DNA from: Octopus vulgaris
Lineage: Eukaryota
Assembly: GCA_951406725.2 (NCBI GenBank)
Contig: OX597834.1
Location: 39,948,001-40,010,000, forward strand
DNA: 62,000 nt
Reading direction: 5' to 3'
The translations under genes were made by a program, and so were the position numbers. Under the pieces are notes generated by a model that worked only from the letters and a program-made list of their open reading frames with translations, had not been told where the DNA came from and searched no databases. Shown here piece after piece: positions 27,187-40,317 of the stretch (position 1 is its first letter; each line of letters begins with the position of its first letter).

Positions 27187-27817
27187 CACACACAGATATA
27201 TACATATATAAGACAAGCGTCTTCCAGTTTCCGTTGACCAAATCCACTCACAAGGTATTGGTCAGCCTGAAACTATAGTAGAAGACACTTGCCCAAGGTG
27301 CCATGCAGTGGGACTGAACCTGGTACTATGTGGTTGGGAAGCAAGCTTCTTACCACACAGCCAAGCTGGCACCTATTAGAAAATAATTTTACAAATATTT
27401 TCTTATTTGTGAGAAGAAAAGAAAAATTTATCTTACATAAAAATTCTTTAAATCATTTTACTACCAAAATTCACAGAATTTTATTAGAATTTAGTCAATG
27501 TGCAACAGATAGTGAAAGGAAAACCCCAGTTCTTGCAGCAGTAACAGGGAACTTTGTTCTTGCTTCACGTTACCAAGTTTTTATAAAAACATACGGCTGG
27601 AGGCTTCGTACATCCGCAAAATAATGATAAATCATACCCCCGCCTCTCTTTAATGTCTGAGAGATGCAATGTAACACCAGAATATCATTGCTGAGTATCG
27701 CTTTCCTCTTCTCTTCCAGTTATCTACTGTAGGGAATTTAGAATTGCAGGGATCGAGTGTTTAGTCACTTTGTTTTTGAAGTCATCAGGGTTATCCTGAC
27801 CTTTCTGGGAGAAGATA

Positions 27818-27871
<54 letters not shown>

Positions 27872-27939
27872 GACAGGCTTTTTTCGGTTTCCACCCAACG
27901 GATCTATTCACAGGGCTTTAATCAGCTATATTCTTTTAT

Positions 27940-28325
27940 TCTTTTATTCCTTTACTTGTTTCAGTCATTCAACTGTGGCCATGCTGGAGCACCACATTTA
28001 GTCGAAGAAATTGACCCCAGGACTTATTCTTTGCAAGCCTAGTACTTATTGTATCAGTCTTTTGCCGAACTGCTAAGTTATGGGGGCGTAAATACACCAA
28101 CATCAGTTGTCAAGCGATGGTGGTAGGGACAAACAGACACACAAACATATACATATATATACATATATACAACGGGCTTCTTTCAGTTTCCATCTATCAA
28201 GTCCACTCACAAGGCTTTGGTCGGTCTAAGGCTATAGTAGAAGACACTTACCCAAGGGGCCACGCAGTGGGACTGAACCTGGAACCATGTGGTCGGTAAG
28301 CAAGCTACTTACCACACAACCAAAC
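27940..28325 (-). mobile_element. SINE family A, full length
   Basis: Colinear with 5940-6362. Confidence 0.85.
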
Positions 28326-28345
28326 CTGCACTATATATATATATA

Positions 28346-28665
28346 CATGGCTTAGTGGTTAGGATGGTTAGCTCACAATCATAAGGTCCTGAGTTCAATA
28401 CATGGTGGTGTGATGTGTCCTTGAGCAAGACATTTCATTTTTCATCGCTCCTGTCCACTCACTTGGCAAAAATGAGTAGTACCAGTAATTCAAAGGGGGG
28501 TCAGCCTTATCCTATACCCTGTCACCCTGAATCCCCCTGAGAACTACTTTAAGGGTACACATGTCTGTGGAGTACTCAGCCACTTGCATGTTAATTTCAC
28601 AAGGAGGCTTTCCCATTGATCCAACCAAGTAGTACAGTCATCGTCATAACCAATGGAGTGCCAGC
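28346..28665 (+). mobile_element. SINE family C (M1 + T2); similar copy at 21810-22095
   Basis: tggcttagtggttagg...ttgagcaagacatttcatttttcatcgctcctgtccactc, shared with 21868. Confidence 0.75.
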
Positions 28666-29071
28666 AGTTTAAATACATTCATAAATGTGAGTGTGTGTAT
28701 GTGTGTACCCTTGTTTAGACATCACACAAGGGTTGTAAATGTGGTCGTACAGTACAAGTGAGGGGGTTTATTTGCAATCTTCTATAAAAAAAAAAAACAT
28801 GTCTGGCCATGGGGAAATATTACCTTGCTTAGAAACAGATAAGGGTTAGTGACAGGAAGGGCATCCAGCTTTAGAAAAAATCCCTCTCAACAAATTCTTT
28901 CTGACCCATGTCGACACAAGAAAGTGAAAGTAAGATGATTATGACGATGATGATGATGACAATGTTGCTGCTGCTGTTGTTGTTGTTAAGCAACAAGACA
29001 GGTAAGGGTGATTAGGTGATGGTCTAGGGCTTAGGGGTGAGAGACCCCAGACCTTGGGAAAAAAAAAAAAC

Positions 29072-29233
29072 TTTGGTCGTCTTGTTGTAGTCCAGGGCTC
29101 CTCGTTGACGCCCTGGGAGGTGACCCTCGATTTCGCTGGAAATGGAGATCTCCAGGTCCAAATTCTTGAACGGCTGCTGCTGCTGGTGGTGGTGGTAGGG
29201 GTAATGATGGTAGTGATGGTGAGAGACATGCAT
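29072..29233 (-). CDS. Candidate alternative first coding exon MHVSHHHYHHYPYHHHQQQQPFKNLDLEISISSEIEGHLPGRQRGALDYNKTTK (54 codons, phase 0)
   Basis: Unique GC/CpG-rich island; ends AAA|GT in phase 0, compatible with the 839 acceptor. The donor (GTTTTT) is weak and all three minus frames are open here. Confidence 0.3.
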
Positions 29234-29494
29234 GCATCTCGGATCAACAATATTTCATCTCCTTTCCATATATGGACAACCTTCATGAATTAAATATACG
29301 TCTGACTTATCAGCATTGTTGTTAATGCTTATTTCATTTACTTTACAAATGTCGCTAGTCTCGTTTCTTCTGTTATCTCAAAGAAGAAAAAACTAAGAAC
29401 AAAAAAAAGAAAAAACCCAGAAAAACTAAAGAAAAAAAAGACAGACAGAACTGGAAATTATAAACCATGGAAACTACTTCTACTACTTAATATT

Positions 29495-29512
29495 GGTGCT
29501 GCCACCTGGTGA
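29495..29512 (-). promoter_or_regulatory. CTCF-like motif TCACCAGGTGGCAGCACC
   Basis: Close match to the CCAC(C/T)AG(G/A)TGGCAG core, about 260 bp upstream of the candidate first exon, in unique sequence. Confidence 0.4.
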
Positions 29513-31084
29513 CGGTGAGGGGTAGATTATTATTATTATTATTATTATCATTTTCTTTTTGGTTGGCTTGCACATGTGCATTCAGCAGTCAGCTGTGAAA
29601 CAAGCTGAAAATTGTAAGAAGCTGAAGGCAAGAATGATTTCGAGTGATTGCAGAACATATGCTGTTGTTTTTAGATTCTACTCTCGGTTGTTGAAGAAGA
29701 ATCTTGCTATCATCGTGTAACGAGATGTTCCAAACCAAACCAAACCCTGCCATCATTGCTGCCACACTGAGATAAAAGAAAACTGACTTCAATAAAGTCA
29801 GCCCTACTTTACAAATAATTATATTCCTTCTAGATAGAAAGATAACGGCCCCCAAAAAACATAGACAAAATAAAATGGGAGATAATAACCAATCTTTATA
29901 TATATATATATATACATTCAGAGAGAGAGATTTAATACACATAAATATACACACACACACGTGTATGTGTGTGTATTTATGTGAGTGTATAAATATATAT
30001 ATATATGTAATAATAATGATAATAATAATAATTTACCTAGAACTAAATAAAGTATATGTATATATATATATATATACTCAGAGGGAGAGATTTTATACAC
30101 ATACACACACACATTTATATATATGTATATATGCATGTGTGTGCATGTATATATGTATATATATATATGTATACACACTCACACACACAAAGATTAGATA
30201 GATAGCTATTTCAGTAATTACAAGATTTATTTAAAGAAATACCTAACGTGTATGTATATGTATGTATATATATAATATACACACTAACAGATAACTTTTA
30301 TAGGAAAGCTTATCTGCTAGACTGGCTGCAGTGGCTTAAACCAGTAAGAATATATTGATGAGGAATGATTTGAGTAACAGAAATCAAACCATGGACAGAA
30401 TCATTGGTATGCTGGACGAAACGCTTAGCAGCATATAATCCATCTAAGTTCTGAGTTCAAATTCTGCCAAGGTCAATTTTACCTTCCATCGTTTCAGGGT
30501 CGATAAATTAAGTACCAGTGAAACACTGGGGTTGAGGTAATCAACTAACCCCTCTCCCAAAATTCCAGGCCTTGTGCCTATAGTAGAAAGGATCATTATT
30601 ATTATTATGGAAGACAGCAAGCTGGCAGAATCGTTAGCACACTGGTTGAAATGCTTAGCGGTATTTCGTCTGCCCGTTATGTTCTGAGTTCAAATTCTGC
30701 CGAGGTTGACTTTGCCTTTGTGTGTCTGTGTTTGTCGTCCCCAACATCACTTGACAACCGATGCTAGCGGTTCGGCAAAAGAGACCAATACAATAAGTAC
30801 TGGGCTTACAAAGAATAAGTCCTGGGGTTGATTTGCTCAACTAAAGGCGGTGCTCCAGCATGTCCGCAGTCAAATGACCGAAACAAGTAAAAGAGAAAAG
30901 AGAAAGAGAGGTCTGATCTGACCAGTTTGAACAAAAAGCAGGTAGAACATATGGGCCAGGTCCTTTAAATGCTGAAGGGTTAAATTTTAGGTGCTAAAGG
31001 GTTAAACAAAATGTCTGACATATTTTGTTTAGTCACAAGTCACATGTGATCAACAGGACTTCTTGAAACACCATCTGAATGAAA

Positions 31085-31508
31085 AATGACCTATTTCTTT
31101 ATTGCCCACAAGAGGCTAAACACAGAGGAGACAAACAAGGACAGACAAACGGATTAAATCGATCATATCGACTCCAATGCGTAACTGGTACTTATTTAAT
31201 CGACCCTGAAAGGATGAAAGGCAAAGTCGACCTCGGCGGAATTTGAACTCAGAACATAACAGCAGATGAAATACCTATTTCTTTATTACCCACAAAGGGC
31301 TAAACACAGAGGGGACAAACAAGGACAGACATAGGTATTAAGTCGATTACATCGACCCCAGTGCATAACTGGTACTTAATTTAATCGACCGCGAAAGGAT
31401 GAAAGGCAAAGTCGACCTCGGCGGAATTTGAACTCACAACGTAACACAGACGAAATACCGCTAAGCATTTCGCCCGGCATGCTAACGTTTCTGCCAGCTC
31501 GCCGCCTT
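31085..31508 (-). mobile_element. SINE family B, dimeric
   Basis: Two aaaggatgaaaggcaaagtcgacctcggcggaatttgaactc units; well conserved. Confidence 0.85.
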
Positions 31509-32062
31509 ATTTTTAAGATGGAATGCTTCACGATTTACGTGTCATCCTTGCCGAGGGGCCATACTAATCTTCTCTGTATCATTCCAATTTTAGTATATGT
31601 ATTGCCAAAGCAATGAAGAATGAAAAATTACCTTCAGTTCTTTAAGCAGTTTGGCCTGCCTGACACTGAATCACATCTCAAGTGGCTCACTTTTCCAAAA
31701 AGTTTGCCCATACCAGATTAAGTTCCTTTGTTTTTTATTCCAATATTCAGTTGTATTGATACATATACAGAAGAAGTACTCAATACCTCCTAAATGTGCA
31801 CTAGGTTCAAATCAGTTTATTTTACATCCTCCTCCACTCTTACAAAAAAAAAGCCAGCTTTGTTTGTGACTAGTAAAAATAAACAAAATACACAGAAAAA
31901 CACAGACACACAACAAAAAAAGAAAATCGATATATTTAATTATATATAGGAATTAATTAATATTGTAAAGGTGGGGGGAATGAGGCTAAATTTGGGGTGG
32001 CTGGGTAAAAATGGTGGTTGTGTGAGAAGGAGTGACTGTAAGGAGAGTGGCTGTGTAAGACA

Positions 32063-32160
32063 GGGTGGCTGTGAGAGGAGAAACTCTGAAAAGGGGTGGC
32101 TGTGAGAGGAGAAACTCTGAAAAGGGGTGGCTGTGAGAGGAGAAACTCTGGAAAGGGGTG
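32063..32160. repeat. 31-bp tandem repeat x3 (gggtggctgtgagaggagaaactctgaaaag)
   Basis: Units start at 32063, 32094 and 32125. Confidence 0.9.
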
Positions 32161-32198
32161 GCCTCTGGAAAGGGGTGGCTATATAAAGCTGTAAGAGT

Positions 32199-32239
<41 letters not shown>

Positions 32240-32940
32240 TATACATATATATATATGTATATAGGGCAATGCAAAGCATACTGTATGAGGGGGTGGGGTA
32301 GCTGTGTGTGGAGGGTGGCTTTTATAAAAGGGGTGGCTGTGAGGTGATGACAGGAATGCAGTGATGGCTGTAGTTGCTGTGTCACCAACTCCTTTGTACT
32401 CTTCCCTCCACCCTCATCAATTCATCATTAACATAAATAAATAGGAGACACACCCACCCACCCCCACCCGCCGGGGGTGGGTGGGAGTAGTTAGATTTCA
32501 AGTTAAGATTAGAGACAGAGATGGCAGCAGGGTGGGGTGAAGAGATTGATAATGGTGGTGGTGGTGGTGGTCTTGGGAGGATGGACTGAAGACTGGAGTC
32601 AATGAGGACAACAACAACAACAACAACAACGGCGATGCCACAGTGGTGGTGATGAAGATGGTGGTGGCGGTGATGATCTTATGGATGGAGGCAAGAAAGC
32701 TTGGATGTATATGAGGGGCGAGGGGGGGAGGAAAGGGGCAACGTACAGAGGTAGAAAATGGGTAGGGGTAGAAGGAGTAGGGACAAAGGGATGGGAGGTC
32801 AGTGTCCTTAGCAACAGAGGTGGACAGATAATTGGTAAGATTAGGGTTGAATAATAATTGGTTAATGGGGTCAGACAGAGAATGTGAGGGAAAGTGAGAG
32901 AGGAGAAAAGGGGAAAGAGAAGAGATTAAGCTAGAGGCAG

Positions 32941-32972
<32 letters not shown>

Positions 32973-32975
<3 letters not shown>

Positions 32976-33190
32976 ACATAAGGGACTAAAGCCATCTGAA
33001 TATGGCTAGGGACAGGGCAGTGGTGGGGTGTTACTGTTGCATTTAGCCCCAGGCGAACATCGACGTCACCAGAAAGGCTCGCGAGCCTTTCTGGTGACGT
33101 CGATGTTCGCCTGGGCAAATGCAACAGTAAACCCCCACCACCCTGCCCTGTCCCTAGCCATATTCAGATGGCTTTAGTCCCTTATGTTAT
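32973..33190. repeat. Spacerless 218-bp near-perfect palindrome (109-bp arms)
   Basis: Centre ggctcg|cgagcc at 33081/33082. The inner 34 bp per arm are perfectly complementary; the arms differ only by a few 1-2-nt indels. Confidence 0.95.
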
Positions 33191-33226
33191 CGAGCAGTTA
33201 CTGTCTATATCCCTTTTAGAGAATTA

Positions 33227-33311
<85 letters not shown>

Positions 33312-33321
33312 AATTTATTCT

Positions 33322-33492
33322 TTTACTTGTTTCGGTCATCTGAACAAATGGCGATCCCTGGACACTTCTTTAGTTGAACAAATCAATCCCAGGACTTGTT
33401 CTTTCAGCCGCCTTTGCCGTACCAGTAAGTTACAAGGACCTGAACACGCCAGCATCGGTTGTCAAGTGATGGTGGGGTGGGGGGTCAAAAAG

Positions 33493-33526
<34 letters not shown>

Positions 33527-33671
33527 GATGGGCTTCTTTCAGTTTCCATCTACCAAATCTATCCACAAGGCTTTGGTCAACCCAAGGCTAAAGTAGAAGA
33601 CACTGGCCCAAGGTGTCACACAGTAGGACCAAAGCCTTGTGAGTGGATTTGGAAACTGAAAGAAGCCTGTC

Positions 33672-33706
<35 letters not shown>

Positions 33707-33845
33707 ATCACCATTTGACAACTAGTGTTTATGTGTTTACATCATTGTAACTTAGTAGTTCGGCAAAAGAGACTGATAGAATAAGTCCTGCGGTTGATTA
33801 GTTTGACAAAAAAATCCTTCAAGACGGTGCTCCAGCATGGCCACA
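33322..33845. mobile_element. Head-to-head inverted family A SINE pair (minus 33322-33620, plus 33622-33845)
   Basis: Orientation switches at ...gtcacacagt|aggaccaaagccttgtgag. Confidence 0.8.
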
Positions 33846-34837
33846 TGTGTGTATGTGTAGGGGTTGTGTGTGTGGGGAATAACTGTACTTTACATTGTGT
33901 ATGTGTGCGTGTGTGCTTGTATGTGCGTATTTGTGTATACATGTATGTATATTTGTGTGCGTGTATGTATGAGTGTGTGCTGTGTGTATGGGAGGTATGT
34001 GTGGGTTTATTTGCATGTGCGTGTATGTATGTGCATGTATGTATGTGCGTGTCGTATGTGCATGTAGTTGTGTGTGTGTATGTGTGTTCATGTGTGCATA
34101 TGTGGGTGTACATACGTGGGGTTGTGAGTGTCAGGTATGTGTGCATTCGTGTTTGTTTTTCTGGTTGGATGCCCTTCTTTACACCAACCTCCCCGTAGTG
34201 AGGGCTGAATGGTTTTTACGTGGCACAAGCACAAGGGAGGTCAGTTTTGGCATGGTTTTTACAGCTGGGTGCCCTTCCAAATGCCAGCCACTTTACAGTG
34301 AGGACTGGATGCATTTTACGTGGCACCAGCACCGGTAGGGTCACCAAGTAACTTTCAAAGACAAGGAATCTTTGAGAGGGGGAGGTGGCACTGGAGGAGG
34401 TGGTCTTGTGTCAGATGATGAAAAGTTAGAGTGTGACACAGAGACAGAAAGAGCTGTCTTGCTGTTGAGGAGGCACATAGTTACCCAGCAAGAGAGAGAG
34501 AGAGAGGAAGAGAGAAAGAGGGAGAGACTGGTTTCTTTCAATTTCTGTCTACCAAATCCACTCAGAAGGCTTTGGCTAGCCTGAGGTGCCATTCCCCACA
34601 CACACAACCCCTACACATACACACATGTGGCCATGCTGGAGCACCGTCTTGAAAGATTTTTGTCAAACTAATCAACCCCAGGACTTATTTTATTGGTCTC
34701 TTTTGCCGAACTACTAAGTTACAATGATGTAAACACATCAACACAAGACAGGCTTCTTTCAGTTTCCAAATCCACTCACAAGGCTTTGGTTCTACTGTGT
34801 GACACTTTGGGCCAGTGTCTTCTACTTTAGCCTCGGG
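33581..34837. repeat. Local inverted duplication: arm 33581-33880 versus arm 34591-34837, about 710-bp spacer
   Basis: Both arms share rearranged SINE junctions, a private deletion (gtggatttggaaactg) and the unique flank ccacatgtgtgtatgtgtaggggttgtgtgtgtggggaat. Confidence 0.9.
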
Positions 34838-34897
34838 TCGAACCCAGAACTATATGGTTGGGAGACAAGCTTCTTACCACACAGCCACACCTGCACC

Positions 34898-34943
<46 letters not shown>

Positions 34944-35544
34944 GCTATAATTATTAAGGCAGTGAGCTGGCAGAATTGTTAACATACAGGGCAAAAATGC
35001 TCAGCAGTATTTCATCTGTCCTTACGTTCTGAGTTCAAATTCCACCAAAGTTGACTTTGCCTTTCATCCTTTCAGCACCGATAAATTAAGTACCAGTGAT
35101 ACACTGGGGGCGATGTAATCGACTAGTCCCCCTCCTCCAAAATCTTCAGGCCTTGTGCTTTTAGTAGAAAGGTTTATCATTATAATTATTATTAGTATCG
35201 TAATTATTATTCCTTTAATTATGATCTTTTGTCATTGGTGTTTCTCTTCTTTTAGGATTTTACAAGCAAAGAACAATAACGAAGCATGCTGGGAAGTATA
35301 ATGGTAGATTCTTTCAGCTCCGCAGATCAAAAGAAACAGAAGCAACAAACACAACATCCGCTACAACAACAACAACAACAGCATCAACACCATCAACAAA
35401 ACTCCATTTATAGACAATAATGTTTGTTTTGAAGATTGTCTGTTTTGGTTGGAACCTGAACTATGTTTTGTTCTTCAGGGATTATTTCATGTTATTCCAT
35501 CCCCTTCGCCCCCACCGGCTCCACCTTTCCCAGATTTCTTCCAC

Positions 35545-35557
35545 TGACGACACCACC

Positions 35558-35588
<31 letters not shown>

Positions 35589-36032
35589 ACAACCTTCTCC
35601 ACCATCCTCAAGAGTTCTTTACAATCCTGCCGCTAACATCACCATCTCCACCACCACCACCATCATCATCATCTCCACCACCACCACCATCACCATCATC
35701 TCCACCACCACCATCATCTCCACCACCACCACCACCACCATCATCTCCACCACCACCACCACCACCACCACCATCTCCACCACCACCACCACCACCATCA
35801 TCTCCACCACCACCATCATCTCCCCCACCACCGTCATCTCCACCACCACCATCACCATCATCTCCACCACCACCACCACCATCATCATCACCACCACCAC
35901 CACCACCATCATCATCCCCACCACCACCACCACCATCTCCACCACCACCACCATCATCTCCACCACCACCGCCATCATCTCCACCACCACCACCACCACC
36001 ATCATCCCCACCACCACCACCACCACCACCAT
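35545..36032. repeat. (CCA)n/(TCA) array
   Basis: Direct reading; source of the poly-P and poly-G ORFs. Confidence 0.97.
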
Positions 36033-36544
36033 AAACCATTGGACTTCTTCCCGCCCACCCTACACCCACCCCTTATACCATTCCCTTGGAACATTCTGTA
36101 ATATTCTCATTACTAATTAACTCAGGATTAATGAGGTATTTATTACTAATTAACCCCGAGATCAACGAGATTTTTATTTCCTTTCTGTAATATCGAGTTT
36201 GTTAATTTATTGTTTGTTTGTTTGTTTCTATAAATTTTGGCTCATTTGCATATTTATATATATAATTATATATTTATTCATATTTTTTTAATTGATATTA
36301 CTATCATTATGGAGTCCCCAAACACTGGATCTTTAGGAAATGTTTCCTCGAATTTATTAACTAAGAAATAGAGTGAGACACAGAGAGAGAGGGAGAGAGA
36401 GGGTGTGTGTGTGTGTCTTTCTATCTGTGTTTGTCCCCCACCACTGTTTGGCAACTGGTGTTGATGTGTTTATGTCTACATATTGTAGCAGTTCAGCAAA
36501 AGAGACTGATAAAATAAGTACCAGGCTTAAAAAAAAATAAATAA

Positions 36545-36920
36545 GTACAGACGACTGGCAAGCCAGAAGGCTGCACCAGGCTCCAATCTGAGCTGGCAAG
36601 GTTTCTACAGCTGGATGGCATTTCGTAACACCAACCACTCCGAGAGTGTAGTGGGTGCTTTTTACATGCCACCGCCATGAGGACCACTCAGGCAGTACTG
36701 GCATTGACCATGCTTCAATGGTGCCTTTTACGTGCCACCAGCACAGGAGCAAGTCAGGTGGCACTGGCAACAACCATGTTTAAATGGTGCTTTTTACATG
36801 CCACTTGCATGGGAGCTGGTCAGGCCACACTGGCAATGACCATGCTCAAATGGTGCTTTTTATGTGCCACCAGCACAGGAGCCAGTCAGGCGACACTGGT
36901 AACGGCCAAGCTTGAGCAGT
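36545..36920 (-). mobile_element. Family D element with four tandem ~66-bp internal units
   Basis: ggtgcttttacgtgccaccagcacaggagccagtcagg recurs at about 36655, 36720, 36788 and 36852. Confidence 0.8.
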
Positions 36921-37192
36921 GCTAAATCTAGAGTTGTTTGTTTTGAAGCTTTTTTGTGTTCTCTATAAATCTCTTGGTAACATGCAGAAGCATTTGTTAT
37001 GGTAACAGAAACTTTTGCCCTTCATTCAAAATTTGGGCCTTTATAGTTATTATAAAATAAAACACATAAACCTGGGAGCTCAAAAAGCGGGCCCTTGTAC
37101 AATTGAGGTATTACTGTATATATGTGCTTGCATGTATGTGTGCAAATGTATATGTATATATGTGAGCATATATACATGTATACGTGTGTATA

Positions 37193-37227
<35 letters not shown>

Positions 37228-39888
37228 ATATGAATGTGTATATATTTAAATATGTATTTGTGTGTGTATATATGAGTGTGTGTGTAAATGCATACATATG
37301 TATTTGTGTGTGTAAATGTATATGTAGACATGTGCGAGTGTATATACATGTATATGCATGTGTATAAATATGTGAGCTTGTGTGTGTGTATATATAACCA
37401 TGTGTGTCTGTGTGTGTGAGTCTATAGTTATGTGTGTGTGAGTCTATAGCCATGTGTGTGTCTGCGCATAACCACGTATGTGTACATGTGTATGTATAAC
37501 TGTGTGTGTGTGCATGTAACGATGTGTATGTGTGTATAGCCATGTGCATATCTATAACTGTCTGTGCACGTAAAGTCTATAGCTATGTGTGTGTATAACC
37601 GTGTGTGTGTGTATGTGTGTGATTGAGTGCCAAACAGCACTTTAGGAGAAAGATATGTCAAAGAATGCTTATAAGTCTGTTAACCACTAGACTTGCCACA
37701 AAACCACTACCACCACCACCACCACCACTCAACCATCACTGCCACCACCATGACAATGATCCTCATTATCACTGCCACCATGCCCACCACCACAAAAGTA
37801 TGTAAGTGGTCATCCGATGAAGGCTCTCAAGTGCAGTGTTATTGAGAAGCCCTTCCAAAAGAACTTTCCTCAGCCAATCTGGCCCCACTGACCAAGTGGA
37901 AGTAATTTTCAATTGTCATGACTCACACAATCCCAGAACAACAACAGGAACCACAGTGGCAAGAACAGCAACAACAACAACAACCACAATTTATTTATTT
38001 AATAAGATTCTGTGATCATATCAAGTTAAGGTGGCGGATAATTGAGAAGAGTTGCTTTGTGAAATAATTCTTGACACGAATCCTTTTGTTATCGTATTTC
38101 TGTTGAGATGATCTGCGTTTCTTTCAGTTAATTTTGAATATAACAAAGAATTTTGTAAAATACCTTACAAACTTACATAGGCGTAAGAGTGGCTGGGTGG
38201 TAAGTAGTTTGCTAAGGCAACGAACTGGCAGAAATGTTAGCACGCTGGGCAAAATGCTTTGCCATATTTCGCCTGCCGCTACGTTCTGAGTTCGAATTCT
38301 GCCAAGGTCGACTTTGCCTTTCATCTTTTCAGGGTCAATAAATTAAGTACCAGTTACGCACTGGGGTCGATGTAATCGACTTAATCCCTTTGTCTGTCCT
38401 TGTTTGTCCTCTCTGTGTTTAGCCTCTTGTGGGCAGTAAAGAGATAGGAAGAAGTTTTGTTAATGAACAGCTTGTGATTTCAAAGCGACAAAAATATTTT
38501 GACGGAAATGAAATTTAAATGTTGAAGTGAAACTAACGGTTTTTTTATGTTCTTCAATGGCTTACAAACATCCTCCAGGCTGCAACTGTTTTTTTTCTCT
38601 TTTCTCAGCACACGATCTCATAACAAGTCACTTGCCATGCAAGTACATCTCGGTAATATTACCACCATCATTTTCTCAATCTCTAACAGAAGCTCAAAGC
38701 CACAATTTTGACCAGAGATGCGTATACCACTCCCAATATATGCCACAAGAGTCAAAGGAAATATAAAGTGCCTACGTCTTTGTAATAACTACAATGACTC
38801 TACCAAACTCTCACAGTTCCAATAATATCTAATCAGAGATCAAAGCCGTTTCCAAACAAATGATACTCAGAACTACAATTTTATTATCATCTAATATTAC
38901 ACAGAATAAACCAAGATTTTCTTTGAACGACACAACTTTATTTTCTCTCTTTTCGCAGAGAGAGTATTTTAACGAATATACTTTTAATTTTAACGAGGCA
39001 GCTTTTGTAATATTTCATTTAAAAGCCAAGTATTGTTTTTGTTGTTAGTTTCTGACAAGTCTCATAGATTATATATATATTTTCTCATTTTTTTTTTTTA
39101 ATATTCTTATTTATTTGTTTATCATTGAAGAAACAGTCTCTAGAGCAATTATTTACCATTCCACAGTAACCAGAATGGTTATCTATTAACTACAGAAAAT
39201 TCTGATATCAATCAGGCACCATAGTCTCATCAAAGAACTAATGGTTTGAAGAAAAGAAATTAGCCATCTTGTAGAGTTAAATAATTTTTACATTGTCTAG
39301 CTAGGAAACACACACACACAGGAATACATGAGCACATATACATAAACACACACACACCCATGAAAATAGACATGCACACACATGTGAGCAGACACACACA
39401 CACACACAAATATGTGAGCACATGTATATGAACACAAACATAAAAATAGATATACATATACACACACAGAAATACAGATGTAGCTACATACACACACGTG
39501 CACACACACACAAATACAGACAACCGCACCCAGACATATATGCATGGGCACATGCATCCACTCACAAATGCACACACACACATACGAGCACATATAAAAA
39601 TACAGGTGCACACACACACACACACACATCACTTATTTGTATGAAAGTGATCAGAGATAAAAATCATTCAGAAAATTCCCATCAAATAATGGCAAGTAAA
39701 ACAAAAAAAAAATATCAAAGTGATTTTATGAAGTTAAATATTTACAATGTCTAGTTTAGATATTTACACACACACAGATACACACACACACACAATTATA
39801 CATACTCAGATACACACACACACACACTCAATTATACATACACAGACACACACATAATTATACATACTCAGACACACACATGTATATA

Positions 39889-40317
39889 CAGGGTGTGGTG
39901 GTTAAATTATCACCATTTTATATTTTTAGTTCCACATGTGAATTGTTTGTTTTGATTTTGTCAACTACACAGTATAGTAGGGTCAGTTGGGTACTGTCTG
40001 TGAGAAAAACAGGCACCACGATGCAATTCACTCAGCCAGAAATTTGGAAATGACATGCTGCACTGCTTGGCATTCACGCCAGAAGCTCCATTATGAACAT
40101 TTCAGAGTTTTTGGGTGTCAATCTGAGGACAATCTAAGGACACGTACTGAGAGCGATAAAAATCAAACATCCAGCCAACATCATGGTGTTTGAAGGGATC
40201 ACTAGTGATGGCGATGTTATGCCTCCATTCATCTGACTCAACACAGATGCCTACATCAAGTGCCTGGAGGAGGTAGTGCTGCCTCAAGGGTGGCTGCTGG
40301 AAGACTCTATGTCTGGA
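39889..40317 (+). mobile_element. Deleted Tc1/mariner-superfamily element, probably DD37D/maT-like
   Basis: TA + cagggtg terminus; remnants SSIMNISEFLGVNLRT, IKHPANIMVFEGITSDGDVMPPFI, LNTDAYIKCLEEVVLP, RVAAGRLYVW. Confidence 0.65.

Noticed and set aside
37812-37856. CCGATGAA followed by the hairpin ggctctcaa...ttgagaagcc
   Set aside because: No GAAA or GUH half follows, so it is only a modest hairpin.
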